64,000 bases of DNA from contig CAVTET010000003.1 in assembly GCA_963733675.1 (NCBI GenBank), positions 160,001 through 224,000 of the forward strand, written 5' to 3'. This DNA is from an uncultured Methanosarcinaceae archaeon (GTDB taxonomy: Archaea > Halobacteriota > Methanosarcinia > Methanosarcinales > Methanosarcinaceae). Shown here piece by piece: positions 1 through 12,259 of this stretch. Below the pieces are notes generated by a model. That model did not search any database and had not been told where the DNA came from. It was given only the letters and a program-made list of their open reading frames with translations. A program made the translations under genes and the position numbers. Position 1 is the first letter of the stretch. Every line of letters starts with the position of its first letter.

Positions 1-245
1 ATATAGTAACTTTTCTGCCTTCCATATTCAGAGCTTGACTCAAGAGAACAGTAGGTTAAATGTTAAGTTACTACCAAAGAACACAGAAACAAAGTAATGC
101 TTGTAGATATTTTAGTAAATCAGACTATTAATATACACCTAAATAAAATAAGCAGATGAGGTATTCTAATAAAAATATGTTAAGTTTAGATAAATATATT
201 AAATAGTTAAATACTCTTGATTTTCTCGGTCCAAAGTAAACTTTT

Positions 246-647
246 CTAGAATCGTTGCCTAATTTCATCCGCATTATTGACAACTAACTCGATATTTTCA
301 TTTTTATTTTCAGAAACTGAATTAGTATTCCGATATACCTGCCTTCCAAACTCTGTAGGGAAACGTCTCTCCAAAATCCGCATGTAAACTTGGCAATTTC
401 CAGCATCAGCTGCATCAGTAAGACGTTTAATGCATCCTTTTGCGGCATCTGCATCACGTTTCTGAATATGTTTATAGAACTGAAAATATTTCCCAGATTT
501 TTCTGTTTTCCCCTTGTTCATCCAAATATTTAATGTTTTGTATGTGATTCTTGCAGCTTCGGCTGCAAGAGAGTATGTGAGTCCCAAAGCGACATTATCG
601 CCGATTCTCTGTTGTAGTTCAGGATTTGACTTAATAGGGCGTGCCAT
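246..647 (-). CDS. Hypothetical HTH protein resembling phage terminase small subunits
   Basis: 133 aa ORF MARPIKSNPE...AAEAARITYKTLNIWMNKG...ILERRFPTEFGR, an HTH-like N-terminus and an 'LERRFP' end reminiscent of TerS-like proteins; decayed paralog at 57565-57833. Confidence 0.5.
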   Translation of the reverse strand: MARPIKSNPELQQRIGDNVALGLTYSLAAEAARITYKTLNIWMNKGKTEKSGKYFQFYKHIQKRDADAAKGCIKRLTDAADAGNCQVYMRILERRFPTEFGRQVYRNTNSVSENKNENIELVVNNADEIRQRF

Positions 648-1023
648 AAATTCACCGTTTTTTATATGTTATAGTTAATATAAATTGAGCTTGTATTTAA
701 TATTTAGTTAGCTTTGTTCTGCATGAGACGAGCTTTAGGCTGAATTAATCAAATATGAACATTTATAGAGCTGCTTAATGCATTTTAGTGAGTCTTGTAA
801 GTATATCGTAGTTCAAAACGAACACATCCAAAAATAAAAGGCTGATAGGTAAACTTTTATTCAATAATATTTATCTTATTATTAGAATAAATAAATATTA
901 TATTCAGCTATAGTCTATAATTTTTCCAATGAATTTAAGCATAAAGGCTGTGTGCTGCAGGCATCTATCACCAAGAAATTCACATAATCTCTTTTGGTAC
1001 ATTAACGATTGGAAGGTAATAGA

Positions 1024-2491
1024 TATGCCAGAAATACTAAGAATTAGTCTTGGTAAGTTAAAAATGGCAATAAACATTTTTACATGCTCATTGCTTATTT
1101 TATTATTGCTAGTACAGTTTACAGCTGCAATCAATACAACGGATGGGGATTACCAAGCGCTTGAGAACGATTAGCACACTATCGGCGTCCAAGCTTACAT
1201 CTACGATCTTGCTCCAGTAATGATGCAGCGGACTGAAAATCTCTTTGTCACAAAGCCTGGAATGGGACACGCCCCTGTAAATCAGATGGGCTACTCTACA
1301 CACCTTGCCAATGCCAACTTCACATATGTCGTTTCACCTAACACAGATACGCTTTACAACATTGCATGGCTGAGCTGGGGAAAGAGCCTATAGTGCTCTG
1401 CACGTGCCAGACACCAATGGGCGTTACTATGTCCAGCAGATGCTTGACGCGTACACGAATACCTTTAACAGCGTGGGTAAACGAACCACTTGCACTGCAT
1501 AAGGCGATTTCGCTATTGTTGGCCCTGGTTGGAACAGCAGCCTGCCCACAGGACTCCAGGTGATTAAATCGCTGACAAATACCATATGGATCATTGGCAG
1601 GATCCTGGTAAAAGGGGAGTCGGACTTGACCAATGTGCTGCCGTTATAGAAACAGTTTACTCTAACACCATTGAGCCAGTACGGGAAGCTAACGGTCTCA
1701 GCTAAAAATGAGACACTTGCTGACTTTAAGGAAGCTGTAGTTTCACCTAATGCACAGGACAGCATACTGTTTTTTGAATTAGGGTTGCCCTGAAGAATAA
1801 CCCGCCACCAGCGGGAGAAGCAGCTCTCATGGCAGTCTTCGATCGAATCAGCTTGGATAAGAATGAGACACCCTATGTAACAAACCTAGATTCAGCTATT
1901 GCTGATGGGCTATCGCGGGCAATCAAGGACGGCGAGCAGATCGTGGGAAACACTTTAAAGAATTCTATTGGATTCTACATCAACGGTTGGACGTATAATA
2001 CCAAAATCGGAACATAAGGATATAATCATCTGCTACGTGCAGCCATCGCTGATGGCGGACTTGGAGCTAATGTCCCTGAAGAAGCGATCTACGCAAAGAC
2101 AAAGACGGGCACAGATGGACAACCCTTGAACGGTGGCAACAAGTGCATAGTGCATTTCGACAAAGATAATATGCCGCCTGTAGATGCCTTCTGGTCATTA
2201 AGCATGTACAATGCGACCACTTTCTTGTTCGTACAGAATCCTATCAATCACTACTCACCAGGCGATCAGACAATCGGACTTATGTATAACCAAGATGGTT
2301 CCCTGAATATCTACATCCAACACGAAGAACCAGTTGGGAAGGAATCAAATTGGCTGCCTGCACCTAAAGGAGATTTCTCACTGATATTGAGAATGTATCT
2401 ACCAGGTTCCAAGGTATTAAATGGAACTTACCAGATCCCACAAGTGCAGAAAGTAATAAAGGCAAAAAATAAAAATAAAGGGGAACTGTAA
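1024..2491 (+). pseudogene. DUF1254/DUF1214 exported protein, fragmented
   Basis: Signal peptide then 'GVQAYIY', 'VSPNTDTLYNIAW', 'GGLGANVPEEAIY', 'PPVDAFWSLSMY', 'NWLPAPKGDFSLILRMY' spread over several frames with stops. Confidence 0.85.
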
Positions 2492-2504
2492 TAACTCCCC
2501 TTTT
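2477..2504 (+). terminator. Stem-loop plus T tract after the DUF1214 fragment
   Basis: aaagggga...tcccctttt. Confidence 0.45.
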
Positions 2505-3139
2505 AATTATTGAGCTCATTTAGAGCTTTATTCAATCTCATTTTTAATATTTCCTTCATTTTCTGATACATGAGCTCGAATTTAAACCCTTGGCATAGGA
2601 AAATAAACGATTGTGGAATGTTTTAAGACATCTTTCGACTCGAAGAGTGATATTTTTGATACCTCTTAATAAAAGTTTCACTAGTAGCCCTATAATAAGT
2701 AATTATTTAGACAAAAACGGAAACACCATGCTTTTGCGATCTGATTACGATAAGTAAGTTCTCGATATTTTATGTAAATTTTTATTTATTTATAAGTATA
2801 TAATTTAATTTTTTATGGATCCTTATTTCGTTCTACTAAACAGGAAAACATCGTTTAAGCTATAGAAATTGAAATGTTCTAAGGTAATTGCCAGAGCTTT
2901 AAGATTTTGGCTAATATTATCCACAAGACGATTTGAAAGAGAGTCTCGTATCGAGATTTATATTAAGCTATTAAAATAGAAATGGAATCTTTATCTGTAA
3001 AACGTTGACTCTACATCCATCTTGTGCATTAAATTATGAATTTTTGCTAATAATAAAGTTTGATTCCCATAATGGTAATATGTTTATAATGGTTAGCTGT
3101 TTTGATATAGGAGCCAAATCCGTCATCAACATAGTTAAT

Positions 3140-3460
3140 CTAGGCATTTTCTTTAGCATCTTCTAATATAGCGTAGAAGTTTTCCCAGAATTTTGTTATA
3201 TTCGTCTCGTTTTTACTCCAGTCAATAAATGCGCATGCACTTTCACTTCGGGCATAGACATTACCATCGCGATCAACCTGAATCTGGATATCTTCACCAA
3301 GTGATTCTAGGCTACTAGATGTCTTGGCTGTAATAGATCCAGATTCTTCATCATATGCAATCCGCTCAAATTCAAAGGCTTTAATTGCTTCTAGAGATGT
3401 CATAAAAAGCTCATCATAGTTTATGCTGAATTGCTTAGTTTCTTCAAAATTCGGTTGCAT
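3140..3460 (-). CDS. Hypothetical protein (106 aa)
   Basis: ORF with AGGAGA RBS before ATG 3460 (MQPNFEETKQF...). Confidence 0.65.
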   Translation of the reverse strand: MQPNFEETKQFSINYDELFMTSLEAIKAFEFERIAYDEESGSITAKTSSSLESLGEDIQIQVDRDGNVYARSESACAFIDWSKNETNITKFWENFYAILEDAKENA

Positions 3461-4232
3461 GAAATTTCTCCTAGAAGTATAATCCAAAGGAATATTTATG
3501 TTAATATGCATGGCATATATATGTTTAAAATTATATATAATGTGGATTCTACTTTTTTGATAACATGAAATCCACTTCACCGATTAATTCTGATGCATTC
3601 TCACGTATAGCATAGATTGGTTTTTTGATTTAGTTCTCTGAGAATCGTCAGAGTCATTCAAAATTTTCATATTATCTATTTAAGATTAACCAGACTGAAC
3701 TCATATTTAGTTTTGAAATCATTATCTTTGGATACCAGGCTCTAAGCTTGTCGTTGCAGTCACTACCTCTATTTAAGGAAATAGAAATCCAATTATTTTT
3801 ATTTACTTTACATTTGGTGATTTTTTTCTGTTAATTGATTTCTTTCAGAACAGAATTCTTCAATTCTCAGGTTACACTATTTTTATTTGGCTTTTACTTT
3901 GTACTCATTTTACATTTTTCACAGTTTATACTCTATTTTCAGCCCATGTCCGTAACATTTAACTACTAGCATTTCTCTTTATGATAAACCCAAGGCTTGA
4001 TTACATTTATGATTTTGCATTTTCAGACTTCAAAATATTTTGAATATTCCAGCTAACATTGGAAATCATGAATTTAACGTTACAAAACCAAGAAATGTTT
4101 ATTTGTTGAAAGCTCTCTAAGGAGAAGAATAGACGCCAATATGTAGTGTTGGTTGATCAATTAATGACTAATGGAAATGCAATACGTGATAAATTACTAA
4201 TAAATTCAGAGAAAATTAAGATTAAAAGATAA

Positions 4233-4418
<186 letters not shown>

Positions 4419-4534
4419 TTTAAAGGGCTTTTCTATTTTTGCTTTTTCGATGTTATTTCTAAGAACTTTGAAGACTTATTATGTGGGGGATTCGAAGGAT
4501 CAAGAGTACCACATTATTTATTAAGGGGACGAAA

Positions 4535-5070
4535 TAAAATTTCTTGCCTGGTAAATTTGACTTATTACTGAAGTCAGATCTCCACTCACTGAGCTACAAT
4601 AGTTTTGGAGTTTAAAAAAACTTTGTTTTAGTATTCAGAAGTACATATGGCATAAAAATATAACATATAATTGTCCTTAAAGACAGATGAACAAAGAGTC
4701 AATCTGATCCAATATATGGATAAGTTTTATCATCAAACAATTTGACTCAACCGATCTGAAGCTGGCTCGTGCACAGTGGCATCTTTATATCTTCCTTTTA
4801 AAAACTTGCCTGGAGTACAAACCACACATGATGGAAATGACTTTTTCATTTAAGGAAAAAAACTAGTAGTATCTATTGCCAGCACCTCTGCTGTTTCCCA
4901 GAAGATTCATTATGAAATTAACTTTTTTCAAGACATCTATGAGAGTATGAAAGAAGGCTGCATAAGAGGCGATAAATAAATTTAATTCTTCATGCAGGTG
5001 GTAGGGGAGCTCAAATCTTTGATTTTGAGGATATTGAAAAGAATATTAGGAAATTTAGCAACTTGTGAGT
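4535..5070 (+). pseudogene. DUF366-family protein remnant
   Basis: Fragments 'IIKQFDSTDLKLARAQ' and 'GVQTTHDGNDFFI*GKKLVVSIASTSAVSQKIH'; lies directly upstream of queE. Confidence 0.75.
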
Positions 5071-5077
5071 TTTATAG

Positions 5078-5845
5078 ATGTCCACCTCAAACTATAAATT
5101 CGCTCCTATAAAGGAGGTATTCTGCTCTGTACAGGGAGAAGGCCCATATGTAGGCGTAAGGCAGGCTTTTGTTCGCTTTTCTGGTTGTAACCTTACTTGC
5201 AACTATTGTGATACGGATTTTGAAGTTATAGATACCTGCGATTACGAGAAGATGGAAGGAAGTGGAAATTTTGAAAAAATTCCGAACCCTGTAAGTATCA
5301 AAAAACTGGAAGCTATGTTGCAGCCTTTCAAAAAGATCCATTCAGTGTCCCTTACAGGAGGAGAACCTCTCTTGAATGCAGATTTCATAGAAAAACTAAA
5401 TTTGTCCTTACCACTTTACATGGAATCCAATATGACTTTACCTGAACAGGCCAGAAAAATTAGTGAGAAGGTCACTTATGTTGCCGGAGATTTCAAACTT
5501 CCTGAAACCATCCAGAATATTAGCCCTGAGACCTGGGAAGCACATGTGGAAAATTCAATAGAGTGTTTCATGCTTCTGAGAAAAACTAATTCAAGAGATT
5601 GTTTTTGCAAAATAGTTGTAAGCAAAGATACTAAATTTGAAACCGTAATCATGGCTGCAGAGGCTATAGCAACGTATGTATCTTGTTTAATTCTCCAACC
5701 CGAAACTCCAATTGGCAACGTGGCAACAACTCAGCAGTTTACGAAAGCTTCAGTAAAAAAAATCCTGGAACTGCAGAAAAGTCTGCTTGAACTTACTGAC
5801 ACACGAATAATTCCTCAGACCCACAAGCTGTGGGGATGCTTATAG
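5078..5845 (+). CDS. queE: 7-carboxy-7-deazaguanine synthase (radical SAM)
   Basis: [36 protein letters not shown]-terminal PQTHK; adjacent to queD. Confidence 0.93.
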   Translation: MSTSNYKFAPIKEVFCSVQGEGPYVGVRQAFVRFSGCNLTCNYCDTDFEVIDTCDYEKMEGSGNFEKIPNPVSIKKLEAMLQPFKKIHSVSLTGGEPLLNADFIEKLNLSLPLYMESNMTLPEQARKISEKVTYVAGDFKLPETIQNISPETWEAHVENSIECFMLLRKTNSRDCFCKIVVSKDTKFETVIMAAEAIATYVSCLILQPETPIGNVATTQQFTKASVKKILELQKSLLELTDTRIIPQTHKLWGCL

Positions 5846-6030
5846 CCTTATTATAATGAAGATACATTTTAATACCTTTTGGGATTGCCAAAAGTTACCA
5901 TTAATTTAACTAGCAATTGACTGCAATCAATTCAAAACTTTGAAAATAATAAAAAAATTCTTAATGAGGGAAGGATAAAAAAGGGAACTTTATAATAGAA
6001 AAACTTTTTGACTGAAATGGAGTACATAGG

Positions 6031-6384
6031 ATGACAAAAATGAGATTAGGAGTCATTGACCACATCGACAGTGCCCATTACCTTCCAGGACATGGAAAAT
6101 GTGGGAGAGTACATGGCCACACGTATAAAATAGAGGTCTTAATAGAGGGAGAGGTACAGGAAAATGGGATGATAATCGATTTTTATGACCTGAAAAGAGG
6201 TGTAAAAGAAACTCTTCAGGAGTATGATCACATTTTATTAAACGAACTAATAGAGTTCCCTAGTTCTGAATATATCTGCCAGAGCATTCACTCAAACCTT
6301 CTGGAAAGGTTCGGTTTCCCTCTGAAGGTAAAGGTTTGGGAGGGGGAATGCAAATGGTGCGAAATGGATAATTTCTCAAAATAA
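6031..6384 (+). CDS. queD: 6-carboxy-5,6,7,8-tetrahydropterin synthase
   Basis: SAHYL...CGRVHGHTY, DFYDLK, DHILLN, PSSE motifs. Confidence 0.93.
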   Translation: MTKMRLGVIDHIDSAHYLPGHGKCGRVHGHTYKIEVLIEGEVQENGMIIDFYDLKRGVKETLQEYDHILLNELIEFPSSEYICQSIHSNLLERFGFPLKVKVWEGECKWCEMDNFSK

Positions 6385-6546
6385 AGGGACTTAGAAATTG
6401 TTATCACTTTCCCATCATATTACCCAGATATTTTTTTGGTTTTATCCAATCAATTTGGGTATAAATATTTAATAGATGCTTATTTTATTTTTCGAAGATA
6501 AAAAATTAATATGAGAATTTTTTTAAGCTACCTTTGTACTATTAAA

Positions 6547-6960
6547 TGGAACTAAGTCATGCAAAACATTGCATTTATGGAAATAGGACACCACGTTGTT
6601 TTTTCATATGAAGTATCTGAATTTTATTAGTCAATGAAATAATCAATTGTTTGAAATTAATATGCTTTGAAATTGTTAAAATGGAGTGTTTTGAGTTTGA
6701 TTCAATCCCTACTAAGGATGATCATGTACATCTTTTCGTTGGGGCTGAACAAAAATATTTTATTTTAAGAGTGGTGCAGATTATATAAATGTATCACACC
6801 AAGAGGAATCTTTAAAGAATGCCCTGAGATTAAAAAACAATTTTGGGATGATTAACTGTTGGTGATGGTAAAACCTCCTATATCATTAAAGAAATTATGT
6901 TGAAAATCTGGAAACCAGGAAGAAGAAATTTATAAGCAAATGAAAATGTTTGATTTAGAA
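6547..6960 (+). mobile_element. IS200/IS605 tnpA (Y1 HUH transposase) relic
   Basis: MELSHAKHCIY, HUH motif DDHVHLFVGAE, IFKECPEIKKQFW; frameshifted. Confidence 0.8.
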
Positions 6961-7329
6961 TAATTCCTTTATATCCAGAGTGGAAGCATGAGCATACCTA
7001 ATTGCCTGCAGCTGGATTCGGCATCGAAATTTTAAGAGCTCTGTGCTTGTGGAGAATCACGAAGCCTGCATCCATTAGATCGAGCTTAAACTAACACTCA
7101 CCTTCTTTTGTTTCGTGTAACTCACTAAATTATCACTCCTTTTTAAAATGAGTTTGCTTTTGGCACCATCATCAGAGGCGGTATCTTACCTTTGACCGAG
7201 ATCTGCATCAGATCATCTATCACATATTTTTGGTGCCCACGTATTGATACAATATAATTATGATTTACCTTTCATTTTTTTCTTTGCGGAACTCGGTCCA
7301 AATTTTTCTCTCGAATTTATTTATTTGAA

Positions 7330-8389
7330 CAGATTTTTATTCTGGCTCATTATTTTTTGATTTTAAAGATAGTTTCCGATGTCCTCAAAATACTCCATTT
7401 ATTTTCAATGTCATCATTTATAGAAATCATAAAAAAGCTGTACACAACATCTTTAGATTCACTCTTTGAATAGTAATGACTAAACTTTTTCACTCTGAAT
7501 ATCTTTTTAGTTACTGCACAAACTCTTTCACATAGAGCTCTTGTAGAGCTGATCTTCTGTCTTCTTAATTATATCAATCATTCCAAGAAAACACTCTTTA
7601 CTGCTCTTTTCATTGTTGAATCATAACCTTTTGATTTTGCTCCAAAGTATCATATATCCTTGTAAGTAGCCTAATTGTTACTTATTAATCCAACTAGAAT
7701 CAGGATGTTGTGCAGTTGTCGTTTTGAATCTTCTGATCAGTTCATAGTCCCTGTCACTTATGCTATGCAGTTTGTGCTCAAAGTATGATTTATCGTTTCT
7801 TACCTAAGTTCAATCTCTGGTTGCCTTGTTTTTCCTTCATTTTTCTCGAGGTTGATCCGCTTTTGTATAGACAGAATCTGAATGGATAAAAGTAGCGTCC
7901 TTAATCTTTCCTTTATTTATTTTCAAACCAAGGTACTCAAATTGGCATTTCAAATTTCCCATATTTATTCTTCTTTGCAGTCACCAATAATTTTTTCCTG
8001 AATAACCAGATTGTGTTACTGTTTGCTATTTGCTCAGGAAAATTGTGATATTTTCTGAAAGAAATTCAATCAATACTTTGTATCTCAAGTTCAAAGTCTG
8101 AAAGATCACTTCATTACTGTAAAATTAGTACTTTTAACATAATTATTAATTCAGCTTCAGGTCTGCCTCAGGAAACTGTTTTGTTAAGATATATAGATTC
8201 AAAAATGATACAAACAGATTTCCAATAAATTAAGAAATTAATCTTAGAAAGTTTGTCTCCAACTTACTGAAGAAGTGTTTATTCTTCTTTAATAGCAAAA
8301 TCAATAAAAGTTTTCATGAGTAAAAATTATTGTTGAGATATCTAAAATATCCAATGCTCAAACACATCAAAATTTATCGAAATTCTCTA
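7330..8389 (-). mobile_element. IS5-family element relic
   Basis: Minus-strand start MKTFIDFAIKEE at 8317, many stops; end motif TAGAGAATTTCGATAAA at about 8373-8389; homologous relics near 51150 and 63230. Confidence 0.75.
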
Positions 8390-8633
8390 TGATCTTCAGT
8401 GGGATAGGCTATACTCCATAGAAGCTCTTATAGCCAGTTCTCAGTGTGTTAATTGTTTTTAAGAGATATTGACTCCTTGGATATATTCCTAGCCTGAATG
8501 TGGGAAAAACTATGATCATGTTTTAATTCTGTGGTCAAAATAGAAAACGCTCACAGGAAATAAGACCTTCAAGAAGCCGCATAACTTGCTTTCGGTTGAT
8601 TGACGATTATGTGATAAACTGAAAGGAATCGAG

Positions 8634-8726
8634 TAGAGAGGATTTCGACAGATTATTTCATTGAGTCATATGCTTATAAACGAAATATAAATAATCATGA
8701 AAATCAGATGTTTATCGAAATTATTT
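8634..8726 (+). repeat. MITE family A copy 1 (~90 bp)
   Basis: TIR gaggatttcgac/tttatcgaaatt; internal catatgcttataaa and gaaaatcagatgttt shared with four other copies. Confidence 0.8.
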
Positions 8727-8774
8727 ATTTTTTAATATATTACTAATTTGAGCGATATAAAAGAAGTGAACTAA

Positions 8775-9036
8775 ATGTTGAAACAATCATCTAGTAGAAT
8801 TAAAAGAGTAAGGGCATTTTTTTAGCAGTCCTTTTTGTAATCTCTGTGACAGCAGTGGTAGCTAGTGCAGATCACGACCATGGCCATTGGTGGCATCATG
8901 ACCACAAAGATTTGGACTACGGCCACTGATGGCATTATGACCACAAAAATTTGGACTGAGACCATTTGTGACATCTGATGATTGTTGGGTACGAGACCCT
9001 TTCTACCAACAATTAGTATGGGCCTGCAACCAGTGA
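8775..9036 (+). pseudogene. Small secreted His/Trp-rich repeat peptide (conserved-leader family)
   Basis: MLKQSSSRIKRVRAFF/LAVLFVISVTAVVASA then 39-bp repeats encoding DHGHWWHHDHKDL; 1-nt deletion in a T7 tract and TGA stops. Confidence 0.75.
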
Positions 9037-9798
9037 ATATGGATACCTGTAATAGATTCAAGTTTTAAAGTCAACTTTGCTTTTATTGCAATGTATCTAA
9101 AAATTTTTAAATTCTAATTGATTCTGTATTACTTTACTTCATCTCAAAACATAATACAGAGCCAATATCTTTATTTACAAAGCTTCTTTTTTAGATTTTC
9201 ATTTTATACATAGTTTTAATGTCTAAATTGGTGCATCAATAAGACAATCAGAACAGAAGTTGGATCAGTATAACCATCGGCTCTGCATCCAACTTTTTGC
9301 AACGAAGGTAAAGGATAAAGAGCCAACCATATTTTAGAAAAATTTAGTTAGAATATTTACAAGTTTAATTTATTTGATTTGTTCAGATAAAGTTCCTTTA
9401 TTTAAAATGCTATTGAATTCTGCTGGCTAATTTTAAGTGCTTTTTCATAGGCTTTTATTGATTTATTAGAATTGCCTAATTGGCTTAAAACATAATTATT
9501 TATACGTTAAAAATTGATGTCACCTCATAAATCAGCAGACCTTAACGTTACATATTCTGGATGTACTTTTACTAAATTCGCTATTTTTGTCTAGGTTTCT
9601 CCACTTTTTAAAGTATCAGCATGTGGGGAATATATTGAATTACCAAATGTAGCAGTATCATGTGTATACTTTAGCCCATCAATAATTCGAAAATCTACAC
9701 GAAAAAATAAAAAAAGAAATATGAATGAAATTTTTCGAGAAAGGTGATTAATAATTAAAAAAAAACCACTTAATCACTTTTCAATCAGGCTGCTAGCA

Positions 9799-9963
9799 TT
9801 ATAATGTGCAATTTTCTGATGTGAAATTTTCAAGACAAGGTAACCAGTTTATGAAAATATCTATGAAAGATCTAGCGTCACATCCACAGCCACAGTCACA
9901 TCCACAGTCACATTCGCATTCATAGTCACAGTTACCATCATGTGCGCTTACTGCTTTAGCTGT
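9799..9963 (-). pseudogene. Cys-rich secreted peptide relic
   Basis: TAKAVSA-HDGNCDYECECDCGCDCGCGCDAR; no in-frame start codon. Confidence 0.55.
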
Positions 9964-9989
9964 GGCTTTTTTATGAGGGTTTTTTCGTA

Positions 9990-10130
9990 TATTTGTGTAT
10001 CATTTGACACTTTGATTGAATAACTTTAATTTATTTTTGGATGTATAGAGTAATTTATAGCTAAACTTGGAAAATTTTTGATTATAAATAAGTAAGCTTT
10101 ATATAAAACTTCATTAACTGGCTAGATAAT
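9990..10130 (+). repeat. Non-coding ~140 bp duplicated element with TATA-like box, copy 1
   Basis: Aligns with 10888-11025 (gtatc.tttgacacttt, gctaaact, agtaa.ctttat, attaac). Confidence 0.7.
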
Positions 10131-10597
10131 TTTTGGATTATCAATCACTAGGAGCCAAGAAGGTCATAAAAACTGAATATCGTATGCTACAAAACAAAAT
10201 TGAAACATGATTATAAAGATAAAAAGGAAATCAACATGCATTCACTTGAAACTAGATATGGAGAAATGGATTTTTACATATATCAAGACGAAAAGATACA
10301 TATACATTTTACTGAAGAAGAAATTCATGAGTAAGAACAACTAAAGAAGGAATCAAAGAATAATATTAGATCATGGTGATTTCATAAATAATAAAAAATA
10401 ATTATTAATATTTTATTGTTTTTTGATTGCAAAAAAACTTATATGAGATTGTTTTTCGTTTCTAAACTATTTTTCACACAATTAATTTAAAATAACTATG
10501 AAGATAATCATGTATTGTAGTGTAGGCACCAGTACACATACAAACCATACATCAAAAGAAAGGGGAAATAGCCAGCAGATATGTAAATAAAGAATTG

Positions 10598-10670
10598 CTT
10601 GGAAGAGTTAGTCTTTTTTTGAATTCAATATACCTGCATCAGTATATACTCAACTCACAACTCTTCCAAG
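10598..10670. repeat. MITE family D copy (12-bp perfect TIR CTTGGAAGAGTT)
   Basis: cttggaagagtt...aactcttccaag; homologous to 58909-59007. Confidence 0.7.
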
Positions 10671-10887
10671 TTCTCCTTTATATTTTTTAATGCTCTTGAT
10701 TTGGTAGAATGTATAATTTTCTGCAAAATTTGCTCTTTACTATTTAATCTTCTTTTTTAATTATTATTCTGCGTGATTAAGATAGGGTTATAATAGATAA
10801 CAAGATGGTTTCCATGAATTATTGGGCCGTGGAGATTTTTTTGTTGATTTTTCGTTAATGACGACCATTTTATAAGAGTTGTTTAGT

Positions 10888-11025
10888 ATATTCAAGTATC
10901 CTTTGACACTTTGGTTGAACAACTTGACTTCATTTTGGAATTTTTATATTAAATTATGGCTAAACTCGATTAATTTCTGAAAGTAAATCAGTAAATCTTT
11001 ATTAAATCTAATTAACCATCTAACA
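10888..11025 (+). repeat. Non-coding ~140 bp duplicated element, copy 2, upstream of a secreted-peptide gene
   Basis: Aligns with 9990-10130. Confidence 0.7.
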
Positions 11026-11180
11026 GTCAAATAGCAGATAGCCGATCAGATAATTTCATGAAGTTAAATTTGCGCACTTGAACCAAGTTCATAGTTCATT
11101 TACCATAAAAAAAAAGATTTGAATTGACAAACAAACACCCCTAAAATTCTATTAATTCTAATAAAAAAGTAGTGAAACTG

Positions 11181-11402
11181 ATGTTGAAACAATCATTTAG
11201 TAAAGCAAAAAAAGTATTGATTATTTTGCAGCAGTTCTTTTTGTAGCATCATTAACTGTTGGAGCATCAAGTGCATGCCATTCGCATGGACATCATCACT
11301 GTGGCAGCGCTTACTGCCATACATGTAGGCATGATGAGTGCTACCAATGGAGTATCTCGTCACAAATGTAGCAGCAATGGCGAAACAGTCTGTGAGTGCT
11401 AA
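11181..11402 (+). pseudogene. Small secreted Cys/His-rich peptide (conserved-leader family)
   Basis: MLKQSFSKAKKVLIIL/(L)AVLFVASLTVGASSA-CHSHGHHHCGSAYCHTCRHDECY...RHKCSSNGETVCEC*; two frameshifts. Confidence 0.75.
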
Positions 11403-11908
11403 TTCTTGACTAATTTAAAGTTAAATCATGTTCTAAACTGTTTAAATACATGAAAATACCAGTTTACATCGAAAAAAGTATTATGTCTTCCATTGCGTGA
11501 ATATACTGGTATACATTGCTTGGCGCACACCATATGACTATTTGTTTGCAATGTATACCATCACCTGTTATTGCTTCGTATACTCACATATCCTACCGAG
11601 CGTCCATCACTCTCTTACTTTCTACAATATACAGTTATCCACTTAGTTATTTTAAATTAATTATACAAAAAATAGTTTGTGAATAAAATTTACTTCACCA
11701 TAAAATGTTTTAAAACCAAACGATATTTTTATATTAATTATATTTAATTGGGCACAACACTTGTGTTACATTATCGGTTTCGGCAACGATACATACCAAT
11801 TATAGTATCCATCTTTTTAGTTCCCTGCTACTTTCTCCAGTACAATTTCTGAGCAATTCTTGATCAATATTAGGGGCTTCTAAAGCTGAAAAAATCAATC
11901 CGTTTCTG

Positions 11909-12259
11909 ATGCTGATAAAGGACCCTGATATTCAACCAATTTTTAGAATGTATATCGAAAATGTTCTTGCTACTTCTGATTTACGAATTTTAAAACGGCT
12001 TGCAGCTTTAGAGACATGTATGGGTTTGAATGATTTTCAAGATTTAGAAGACGATCACCAGATAACAATACCTGAGCAGTTAACAATTTTAGCTCAAAGA
12101 ATAGATAACATTGAAGAAAATACAAAACATGAATCAATTGCAAATGATATTATAATTTCAGAAACGATAACTGAAAAGCGCGAAACTAAAGTAAAGCAAG
12201 AAAATGCCAAAAAGCACCTTTATATGCATCTAATTTTAAAAGTGAGACAAAAGATATAA
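11909..12259 (+). CDS. Hypothetical protein, probably a truncated mobile-element gene
   Basis: 116 aa ORF, coiled-coil-like, no clear RBS. Confidence 0.4.
   Translation: MLIKDPDIQPIFRMYIENVLATSDLRILKRLAALETCMGLNDFQDLEDDHQITIPEQLTILAQRIDNIEENTKHESIANDIIISETITEKRETKVKQENAKKHLYMHLILKVRQKI

Noticed and set aside
8822-9061. Minus-strand 79 aa hydrophobic repeat ORF
   Set aside because: Antisense shadow of the His-rich peptide pseudogene
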